Positions 22,101 through 31,410 of a stretch of 64,000 bases of DNA are shown here, piece after piece. The stretch is from an uncultured bacterium (GTDB lineage Bacteria; Acidobacteriota; Aminicenantia; Aminicenantales; Saccharicenantaceae), in contig CAWHBV010000009.1 of the NCBI GenBank assembly GCA_963827635.1, positions 394,548 through 458,547 on the forward strand, given 5' to 3'. The position numbers and the translations under genes were made by a program. The notes below the pieces were generated by a model. It searched no databases, had not been told where the DNA came from, and saw only the letters and a list, made by a program, of their open reading frames with translations. Within the stretch, counting starts at the first letter, position 1. Every line of letters begins with the position of its first letter.

Positions 22101-22302
22101 AGGCCATCTTGACCGTCTCCTGATCCTGGAGATAGTAGTAGACGTCGTAGTGCCGGGTCTTCATGATCTTGAAGTCGAACTTCTGGTACTGGACCTTGTT
22201 CCGGCCGTACCACTGGGCGCCGAGGTCCGGCGCCGCGATCCCGGCGATGAACCCGGCCAGGCAGAGGGTGATGAGGATCTTGGTCAAAGCGGAAGTCCGC
22301 AT
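19190..22302 (-). CDS. Fusion of an MA-clan metallopeptidase-like domain, TolB/PD40 beta-propeller and Omp85/BamA-type barrel; two frameshifts (~21840, ~19555)
   Basis: Signal peptide; GHELVHAFQ (HEXXH) with PLWFIEGMAEY; PD40 repeats SPDGK, PAFSPDG, PAWSPDG, PQWTPD; VRGY lid motif, NVELRFP, SYGIGLR, C-terminal F. Confidence 0.85.
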
Positions 22303-22482
22303 GATGTTCCTCCTTCGATGGGCATATTGTAGCGGAAGACGGAACGGATGGGAAATACCCTCCCGGACGGGAGGTTCTGATGCACGCATAGGTCGAAACT
22401 CCTTTCGACCCCTTTCCTCGGATATCTTAGCCGAATGGAACCGGCTTGTCTACAACGCCGGAAGAACCCGGCCCGTTGCCAG

Positions 22483-22512
22483 TTGACCCCGCCGCCGCGA
22501 TTCGGGTAAGAT
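22483..22512 (+). promoter_or_regulatory. Sigma70-type promoter of the permease/peptidase operon
   Basis: TTGACC-18 nt-TAAGAT ending 12 nt before ATG 22525; no Shine-Dalgarno. Confidence 0.55.
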
Positions 22513-22524
22513 GCCTGTCTCGAC

Positions 22525-23834
22525 ATGATCACGCAAATCGTCATCGTCCTCGCGGTCATGGTCGCCGCCTACGTCGCGGCCAAGGCCGCCAAGCTGTCCG
22601 TCGAGCTCGGGATCTTCGCCTCGGCCGTGGCCGGGGGGCTGGCCGGCGCCTTCCTCAAGACCCCTCCCCTCGGAGAGCTCGGCCGCCATCTCGTCGAGGG
22701 CTCGACCACCTACCTCGACGTGATGCTCGTCTTCTTCACGGCGACGCTCTTCATGTCCATCGTCGACGAGTCCGGCGGCGTCGTCTACGTCGTCCGGGCG
22801 ACCCTCCGGGCGTTCGGCGACAAAAGGGTCCTGGCCCTGCTCGTCCTGATGGTCATCGTCCTCATCCCGGGCGCCCTGACCGGGGCCGGGAGCGTCTCGC
22901 TCCTCGTCGTCGGGGCCCCTGTGGCCATGGCCCTCACCCGCCTCGGCATCGGCCCGAAGAGGGTCGCCGCCATCCTCTTCATCGTCGCCGGCCTGAGCGC
23001 CGCCGCGCCCCCGGTCAACATCTGGGCCATGATCCTCTGCGCCGGCACGGCCATCCCCTACGTCGGATTCGAATTCACCCTGGGCATCCCCGTCCTCCTC
23101 CTGGGGGCCTTCACCGTTCTCGTCCTGGGGCTCAAGAAGGAGAAAGGCGCCTCCGCGGGCCCCGTCGAGCTGCCCGAGCCGCCGCCCGGAATGACCCTGT
23201 GGCGGGTGCTCGTCCCCTTCCTCGTCTTCTTCGGTCTGGTCGCGGCCTACCGGATCTGGCCGTTCGCCACGCCGATCCTGGGCCTTGTCGCTCGAGTTCG
23301 TCATCGCCGCGGCCGCGGCCCTGCTCTTCAGCCCGAAGAGGATCGCCGTCCTGCCGCTGGCCCGGAGCACGGTCAAGAGGCTCCTGCCGCTTGCTCGCGA
23401 CCACGGTCGTCGTCGGCATGCTCCAGCAGATCATGACCGTGACCGGCGTCCGGGGCCTGGTCTCCTTCGCCGTCATCTCCACGCCGCTCCTGCTCCTGTT
23501 CTTCCTGCTGCCGGTCATCATCCCCTTCTCCGAGGGGGTCCTGACCTACGGCGCCGCGGCCATCATCGGCATCCCGCTGATCTGGTACCTGGATTCGATC
23601 GGCTTCCACGCGACGGTCGTCATCGCCGGGCTGAGCCTGCTCTGGCCCCTCGGCGACGGGCTGCCGCCGACGGCCCTGATCGGCCGTCTCAGCAACATGG
23701 TCTCCGGCTACAAGGGAACCTACCGGGATTTCCTCAAGGCCACCTGGCTGCCCTGGCTGGTCATCACCGCCGTGGCCATGGGCATGATCGTCTTCAGCTC
23801 GAAGCTGGCCTTCCTGGTCAAATGGAGCATGTAG
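22525..23834 (+). CDS. Ion-transporter-superfamily permease, TRAP large subunit (DctM)-like, frameshifted ~23290-23400
   Basis: About 430 aa and highly hydrophobic; hairpin motifs PGALTGAG, AAPPVN, LPPTALIG; ORFs 22525..23436, 23285.., 22446..23834. Confidence 0.75.
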
Positions 23835-23853
23835 GCATGCGAGGCACCCTCCG

Positions 23854-24003
23854 ATGATCATGTTCGCCTATTACGTCATCACGGCCCTCCTCCTCTTCCT
23901 GGCCGGCTGGAACCTCGTCCGCGAGAAGGAACGCCGCCAGGACGTCGTCCTCTACCTGCTCGTGATGATCCCCCTCGTCCTCAGACTCCTGCGGTGGAAG
24001 TGA
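23854..24003 (+). CDS. 49-aa two-helix membrane microprotein (absent from the ORF track)
   Basis: Manual translation MIMFAYYVITALLLFLAGWNLVREKERRQDVVLYLLVMIPLVLRLLRWK; strongly GC3-biased codons; fills the gap between operon genes. Confidence 0.8.
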   Translation: MIMFAYYVITALLLFLAGWNLVREKERRQDVVLYLLVMIPLVLRLLRWK

Positions 24004-24014
24004 GAGGGCGCGCC

Positions 24015-25181
24015 ATGAAAAAAGACACTCTTTTCAAGGCGGTCCTGTCGGGAGCCGCCCTCGGCCTGGCCCTCTGGGGCGGGTCTGCCGCTCCTTCATC
24101 ACCGGCACCACGGGGTCCCCGTCGTCAAGGGCCCGGGCGTGACGGCGGTCCTCCGCCTCAGCGAGTTCTCGCCGAAGCTCGCGGGCACGGCCGGTGACAC
24201 CTCCGTCTTCGTCCTCGAAGGGAAGGAGCCCGGGGGCAAGGCCCTGATCATGGGCAACACCCACTGCCAACGAGCCCGAAGGCATGCTCTCCGCCCTGAT
24301 CATCATCGAGAACGCCGTCGTCGAGAAAGGGACCCTCTTCGTCATCCCCTTCTTCAACAACAGCGGCAGCCGCAACACCCGCGCCGGCGACGGCTACCCG
24401 CTCTACTTCGACGTCCAGACGGATTGGGGCGCCCAACGTTTCCGCTACGGCAACCGCGACGCCTCGCCCCTCGACCAGTGGCCCGACCCGGACGTCTACA
24501 TCCACTACCCGGAGCGCCAGCTCCTCTCCTACATCGACGTCCGCAACACCAACCGGACCTGGCCCGGACGCGCCGGCGGGCCGCTCATGGAGCGGGTGAC
24601 GTTCGGGGCCATGGAGCTCATGCGGCGGGAGAAGATCGACGTCGCCGTCGACGTCCACGGCGCCGAGACGATGTTCCCCGTGACCAACTGCATCGTCGCC
24701 CCGGAGAAATCGGTCAAGATCGCCACGTTGGCCTCGCTGACCGTCAAGGCCATGGAGGGGTTCGAGAACCACGTCGAGGCGTCGCCCGCGGGCTTCCGCG
24801 GCCTGTCCCACCGGGAGATCGGCGACCACGGCCCGGCCATGCCCTTCCTCCTCGAGGCGCCCATCCCCTTCCTCGACCAGCCGACGGGGCCCAAGACGGT
24901 CGAGTTCCTCCTCGACGGCAAGGACCCGTTCCTGCTCAGCCTGTCGAAGAAGAAAAAGCTCTTCGTCCCCTACGACGAATCCGGCTGGCCGCTCGCCAAG
25001 AGGGTCGGCCAGAACCTGTCCGTCACTTTGGAGATCCTTCGCCAGTTCTCCAAGAAGACCGCCGGACCGGCCCATCGCCGTCCGCGGCGTCCCCCGCTAC
25101 GCCGACGTGGTCAAGAACGGGGTCGGCCGCTACCTCGCCGACCCGGCCAAGGCCGCGCCCGGCGGCGTCGTCATGAATTGA
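24015..25181 (+). CDS. Succinylglutamate desuccinylase/aspartoacylase (M14-like) zinc deacylase with N-terminal signal/anchor, frameshifted
   Basis: GNTH(A)NEPEG (HxxE across an indel), FVIPFFN, RNTNRTWP, VDVHG, FLLE; hydrophobic N-terminus. Confidence 0.8.
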
Positions 25182-25215
25182 TCGGGGCCGCCCCAGCCCG
25201 CCCCGGGAGGTGTCC

Positions 25216-26941
25216 ATGTCGTTCGACAGAAAAGCGTTCTTGGCCGCTCTGGCCGTCGCCGCCGTGCTCGTCTGCGCGGGAGGCCTGAGTCTCGACCGTC
25301 CCGCCGCCGCGGCCGACGGCTCCGATCCCGACCCGGCTTCCGAAGCCTGCACCGTCATCATGGTCGGCCGCGAGGCCTCGACCGACGGCTCGGTCATGAG
25401 CACGCACGCCGCGGATTGCGGCGTCTGCGATTTCACCTGGCGCCACGTCCCGGCCGCCGACCACAAGCCGGCCGAGAAGCGCACGCTCTACCACATCGAC
25501 CAGATCCGGACCTGGCCGCCCGCCGAGGGCGGCAAATGGGCCATGGTCCTCAAGGACCCCACCGGGATCGAGATCCCCCAGGTCGCGCACACCTACGGCT
25601 ATCACCACGCCGTCTTCGGCTACATGAACGACCAGCAGCTGGCCATCGCCGAGTCGACGATCGGCAACGTCCGCAAGCTCGGCAATCCCACGCCGACGCC
25701 GGCGACGAACATCACCATGCTCACGCTGCTGGCCATGGAGCGCTGCCGGACGGCCCGCGAGGCCATCCGGCTGATGGGCTCCCTCGCCGAGGAGTACGGC
25801 TACGGCTACCACGACGGCGGCGAGATGCTGGCCGTCTCCGATCCCACGGAGATCTGGATCTTCGAGATCATGCCGGTCGGACCGCTGTGGACCCCCAAGT
25901 CGGGCAAGCCCGGCGCGGTCTGGGCGGCCCAGCGCGTGCCCGACGACCACGTCGCGGTCTGCCCGAACGAATCGCGCATCGGCGAGATCGACCTCGGCAA
26001 CCCCGACTATTTCCTGGCCTCGGCCCACGTCGAGTCCTTCGCCGTCGAAGCCGGCCTCTACGATCCCAAGAGCGGCAAGCCGTTCAACTGGAAGAGGGCC
26101 TACTCCCCCGCCGAGGGCTCGGCCGCGAGCTCCGAGGGCCGTCGCTCCCGGATGTGGCGCTTCTTCGACCTCGTCGCCCCGTCGAAGAAATTCAAGGCCG
26201 AGACGCCCAACATGGACTTCCCCTTCTCCGTCAAGCCCGACGCGAAGCTCTCGCCCCAGGACGTCATGGCGCCTGACCCGGGACAAGTCCGAGGGCACGG
26301 TCTACGACCCGGTCCGGGGTCTGCGCGGCGGCCCGTTCAGGAATCCCAATTACTACAAGGGGACCCGCCTGATCAGCGTGCCCAACGTCGAATACACGAC
26401 CCTGACCCAGTGCCGTTCGTGGCTGCCGGACCCGATCGGGGGCATCGTCTGGGTCGCCCTGGGCGCCCAGGACACCTCCTGCTACATCCCGTTCTACGGC
26501 GGCGCGACCGACATCCCCAAGTCGTTCTCGATCGGCGACCACTTCGTCCTCGACCGGGGCTCGGCCCGCTGGGCCTTCGATTACGTCGATTTCCACGTCC
26601 AGGTCGCCTACAACGCGGCCATCGAGGACGTCAAGGCGGCCCGGAAGGAGTGGGAGGACGGGGCCCTCGGGCGCATCGCCGAGATCGACCGGCTGGCCGG
26701 CGACCTCTACAAGCGCAGCCCCAAGGAGGCGGTCAAGTACGTCACCGGCTTCTCGCTCAACAACGCCCAGAACGTCGTCGCCGCCTGGTGGAAGCTCGGC
26801 GACGACATCTGGGTCAAATACAACCACCTCGGCCTCTACGATACCGACAAGCGGCGGAGCGGCCGCATCCCGACGGCGAATCCGGACTGGTGGAACAAGG
26901 CCGTTCGGGCCTTCGATGTCCTGAACGAGCCCGGAAAATAA
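25216..26941 (+). CDS. Exported C69-family dipeptidase (Ntn cysteine hydrolase), copy 1, frameshift ~26270
   Basis: Signal peptide, ACTVIMVGREASTDGS nucleophile motif, MNDQQLAIAEST, LAMERCRTAREAI, WAAQRVPDDH, NESRI, FPFSVKPD. Confidence 0.9.
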
Positions 26942-26951
26942 GGAGCTGTCC

Positions 26952-28688
26952 ATGAAGAACGCGTTCCGATTCAGCGCCGTGCTCGGCGCGATCGTCCTGG
27001 CCCTCGTCCTGGCCGGCCACGGCCCCGCCTCCGCGGGCCAGGCCCCGCAGGCGGCCGCCGACGTCGTCGCCGGCGAAGCCTGCACGTCCATCCTCGTCGG
27101 CCGGGACGCCTCGACCGACGGCTCGATCATGACCACGCACACCTGCGATTGCGGCACCTGCGACTGGACCTGGCGGCACGTCCCGGCGGCCGACCACAAG
27201 CCGGGCTCGACCCGGAAGATCTACCACATTTCCCAGTACAAGACCTGGCCGCCGGCCGAGGGCCTCAAGTGGGACATCTACAAGAAGGATTTCGCCGGGC
27301 TCGAGATCCCCGAGGTCGCCCACACCTACGCCTATCATCACGGCATGTTCGGCTACATGAACGAGAAGCAGGTCGCGATCGGCGAGTCGACCATCGGCTG
27401 CCAGCGCAAGCTGCAGAACCCGACCCCGTCGGCCAAGCTCGACCTGACCATGCTGACCCTCCTCGGGCATGGAGCGGGCCGCGACGGCCCGCGAGGCCAT
27501 CCAGGTCATGGGCTCGCTGGCCGAGAAGTACGGCTACGGCTTCCACGACGACGGCGAGATGCTGGCCGTCGCCGATCCGAAAGAGGTCTGGATGTTCGAG
27601 ATCATGCCCGTCGGACCCCTCTGGACCCCCGAGAGCGGCAAGCCCGGGGCCGTCTGGTGCGCCCAGCGCGTCCCCGACGACGAGGTCAGCGTCTGCCCCA
27701 ACGAATCCCGCATCGGCGAGATCGACCTCGAGAAGAAGGATTTCTTCATGGCCTCGCCGAACGTCGTCTCGCTGGCCGTCGAGATGGGCTTCTACGACCC
27801 CAAGAGCGGCAAGCCGTTCAACTGGAAAAGGGCCTACTCGCCCGTCGAGGGCAGCGCCGTCGAGCACGCAACGGGCCGGCGTCCAGCGGCTGTGGCGCTT
27901 CTTCGACCTCGTCGCCCCGTCGAAGAAGTTCAAGCCCGAGACGCCCAACATGGACCTGCCCTTCTCCGTCAAGCCGGACCGCAAGGTCTCCGTCCAGGAC
28001 GTCATGGCCATGACCCGGGACAAGCAGCCACGGAACGATCTTCGACCCGGTCCAGGGCATCCGCGGCGGCCCGTTCCAGAACCCCACTACTACAGGGGAC
28101 CCGGCTCATCGACGCGTGCCCAACGTCGAGTACACGACCCTGACCCAGTGCCGGTCGTGGCTGCCGGACCCCATCGGCGGCATCGTCTGGATCGCCTTCG
28201 GCGTCCCAGGACACCTCCTGCTACATGCCGTTCTACGCCGGCATGACCGAGATGCCCAAGTCATTCACGGTCGGCGACCACTTCGATCTTCAGCCGCGAT
28301 TCGGCCCGCTGGGCCTTCGACTATGTCGACTTCCACGTCCAGGTCGCCTACAACGCGGCCATCGAGGACGTCAAGGCGGCCCAGAAGGAGTGGGAGGACG
28401 GAGCCATCACCCGCATCGCCGAGATCGATCGGCTGGCCGGCGACCTCTACAAGCGCAAGCCGGCCAAGGAAGCCGTCAGAGTACCTGACCGGCTTCTCGC
28501 CTCAACAACGCCCAGAACGTCGTCGCCGCCTGGTGGAAGCTCGGCGACGACCTCCTCGTCAAGTACAACCACCTCAGTCTCTACAACGCCGAGAAGCGGC
28601 AGCGGACCCGCATCCAGTCGGCCACCCGGATTGGTGGAACAAGGCCGTCAAGGCCTTCGACATCCTCATGGAACCCGACAAGAAGTAA
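26952..28688 (+). CDS. Exported C69-family dipeptidase, copy 2, multiple frameshifts
   Basis: ACTSILVGRDASTDGS, MNEKQVAIGEST, ERAATAREAI, WCAQRVPDDE, LPFSVKPD; colinear paralog of copy 1. Confidence 0.88.
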
Positions 28689-28701
28689 AAGGAGAGATCA
28701 C

Positions 28702-29352
28702 ATGAACAAGAGGATCCTTCCGGTCCTGGCCGCCGTCGCGGTCCTGGGCCTGTCCCTTCTCTTCGCCGGCCAGGCCGTTCCCAAGGCCGGCCTCCCGGTG
28801 CTGACGACCTCGGCCGGGCAGAGCACCGACGTCACGACCCTCAACATCGTCCTCGACGAGGCCGCCATCACCTACGACTACTGCGACGTCCCGACACCCG
28901 AGATGGTGGCCGACGGCGTCGGCCTCGGCGGCCGCGAGTCCGGGCCCGGCTTCCACGTCGAGGTCACGACCGACCTCGACAAGTACCCCGCCGGGACGCC
29001 CTACAAGGCCGTCATCTTCGCCATCGGAGCGAGCCTGAAGGGCATGGGCGCCTCGGGCCTGACCCTCGACGCCGAGGAGGCCCGCCTGAAGAAGCTCATC
29101 GCGCTCTGCAAGCAGAAGAAGATCTTCGTCATGGCCGTCCACATCGGCGGCGAGTCGAAGCGCGGCCCGGCCGGCAGCGACAACGAGCGGATGATCGACG
29201 CCGTCGCCCCCCTGGCCGACTACATCGTCGTCACCAAGGACAGCAACAAGGACGGCCGGTTCACGAAGCTGGCCGCCGCCGGCAAGATCCCGATGACCGA
29301 GATCGAGTACGCCCTGGGGCTCGTCGACATCGTCAAGCAGGTCCTGCAGTAA
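28702..29352 (+). CDS. Exported DUF6305-like protein
   Basis: Intact ORF with signal peptide; PVLTTSAGQS, IGASLKGMGASG, HIGGESKRG, DSNKDGRF recalled as DUF6305 motifs; AAGGAG RBS. Confidence 0.7.
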   Translation: MNKRILPVLAAVAVLGLSLLFAGQAVPKAGLPVLTTSAGQSTDVTTLNIVLDEAAITYDYCDVPTPEMVADGVGLGGRESGPGFHVEVTTDLDKYPAGTPYKAVIFAIGASLKGMGASGLTLDAEEARLKKLIALCKQKKIFVMAVHIGGESKRGPAGSDNERMIDAVAPLADYIVVTKDSNKDGRFTKLAAAGKIPMTEIEYALGLVDIVKQVLQ

Positions 29353-29381
29353 GACGGACCGGAGAGGTCCGTGGCGCCGGG

Positions 29382-30303
29382 TCAGCGGACCCGGGAGACG
29401 GTCGTCAACGCCCAATCAGGGTCGGAGTGGATCCCGACGGCCAGACGGGTGCCGGTCTCGGCGAAGGCGACGTAGAGTCCTTTCGCGTCCCGGAAAACGA
29501 CGGCATCCGCCAGATAATTATCGGGCCGCTCGAACCGTTCCGACCTGTCCAGCTCCGCGCAGAGCTCGAGCCAGGCCGCGTGCCGGGCTTCGGCCGAGCC
29601 GTAATCCAGGACGATCAGGCTCTCTCCGCTGTCGTAGACGACCCCGCACGGCGTCCGTGAAGGCGAGGCCCCGGGCCGTGTAGAAGGGGTAGACATTATT
29701 GAGCCCGAGGAGACCCTTGAGATACTTGACGCTCCCGGGCCGGAGGCCCTCCGCCGGCAGGGCGGAGACGAGAGCGGGTGCCTCTCCCCCTTCCGGGAGC
29801 TTGGAATCCACGATCCGGCCGATCGCCTGGAGGCCTTCGATCGTCTCCGCCGCTTCGTCGAAACCGGTCAGGGTCACGAGGAACCGGCCCTTCCAGAAGT
29901 TCATGTAGTAGGCTTCGAGCTCGGCTCCGGCCCCCAGGGCCAGGGGCTTGCCGCCGCCCGACCTCTTGAAGGTGAACATCCCGAAGGCGGCGGCCGGCGT
30001 CTCCATCTCGAAGATCTCGAGCGACACGGACTTGCCCCGGGGGTCCTCGTAGTCCTGGACGACCACCCGGCGGAACCCGTATTCCTGGTAGATCTCGGCC
30101 CCGCCGTCGATGTAGGTGTAGAGGTCCTCGCCCTCGAATTCCTGGGGAGCGCCGTCCTTCGTCCAGCCGGCCGCGGCGTTGTCGGCCGGAAGATAGATCC
30201 TGAGCGGGCCCTCCGGCGAACGGACCGCCGGCGCGCCGGCACCCGGCGCGAAGAGCCCCGCGACGACGAGGGCCGCGAGCGCCCACCGGGCCCCGGCCGT
30301 CAT
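29382..30303 (-). CDS. Exported DUF6599-like protein, frameshift near 29630
   Basis: EDLYTYIDGGAEIYQEYGF, LEIFEMETPAAAFGMF, FWKGRFLV. Confidence 0.7.
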
Positions 30304-30335
30304 TCCCCTGGCTTGCATCCGATCTCCCGGGCGCG

Positions 30336-31265
30336 CTAGACGGCCGCTTCCCTGACGACGACCTTCCGCAGGTCCATCACGCCGAGGCCCTGCTCCGAAG
30401 CCCTCTTGATCTGGACGATGTCCTCCGCCTTGAGGCCCCAGAGCGAGGCGCAATAGGCGTCGACCGCGACGCGGTCCGTGCCGGCGACGACCTTCCGGGG
30501 CTTGATGATCTCACCGGGCCCGAAGGGACCGTTGGTGACGATGAACTCGGTGGCGTCGACGATGTTGAGGACCGGCTTGACGGCCTTGTTGAGGTCGACG
30601 ATCGACTGTTCGAGGTGGGCGACGTCGTCGGGGTCCGTCTTCCAGTTCGGCCTGTGGAAGGTCCGGTTGCTCACCGGCGAGTTCAGGCCCATCAGGTTCT
30701 TCATGGTCCCGGTGAACTTGTTGCCGGCGTGGTCCTTGGTGATGGGCATATTGATGAGGACGTCGTGGTCGTAGAGCGCGGCCAGGATCCGGGCCTCGAG
30801 GAGGGCCTGTCCCCCGGGGACGGGAACGGCCTTGAAGAGCGATTCGTCCTTCTCGAAGATCTTCAGCCCGGCGCCCGTCTCCTCGATGACGGCCTTGAGC
30901 CCGGTGTCCTCCCACTGCTTGACCGTTTGCCAGCTCAGGCAGTCGATCTCCTTGGCCCCGGCCTTCCGGCAGAGGCGGATGACCTCCCGCAGGATCTCGG
31001 GCTTGGTGAAGGAGCCCGGGTGACGGCTCTGGACGTTGGGCAGGAGCGCGACCCTGGCTCCCTTGGGCACGAACTTCGTCATGCCGCCCAGGATTTCCAC
31101 GGCTTTGGCCGCCGCCTTGCCGTAGTCTTCGCCCACGCCGACGGCCACGTCGACCGCCTTCACCGGGCGCCCCGACGACGCGGCGAGCTTCCGGCCCAGG
31201 GCCAGGGTCAATCCGGCCTGCGCGCCGGTCCTGAAGAATTCCCGTCTGCCTATCTTGCGAGCCAT
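30336..31265 (-). CDS. Tat-exported DUF362-domain protein
   Basis: GRREFF twin-arginine signal; LGGMTKFVPKGARVALLPN, TKPEIL, INMPITKDH, TGTMKNLMG, DRVAVD. Confidence 0.85.
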   Translation of the reverse strand: MARKIGRREFFRTGAQAGLTLALGRKLAASSGRPVKAVDVAVGVGEDYGKAAAKAVEILGGMTKFVPKGARVALLPNVQSRHPGSFTKPEILREVIRLCRKAGAKEIDCLSWQTVKQWEDTGLKAVIEETGAGLKIFEKDESLFKAVPVPGGQALLEARILAALYDHDVLINMPITKDHAGNKFTGTMKNLMGLNSPVSNRTFHRPNWKTDPDDVAHLEQSIVDLNKAVKPVLNIVDATEFIVTNGPFGPGEIIKPRKVVAGTDRVAVDAYCASLWGLKAEDIVQIKRASEQGLGVMDLRKVVVREAAV

Positions 31266-31410
31266 GTGTCCTCCTTGCGAATGATCGGAGTTCATTTTCT
31301 CACAGCGCCGAGCGGGGACGCAAGAGGGAACGGACCGGCGCGGCCGGCGGAGTTGGCGTCGGCCGGCCAACTGTGATAGAAAAATCAGGAGATCCGAGAG
31401 GAGGACGCTC

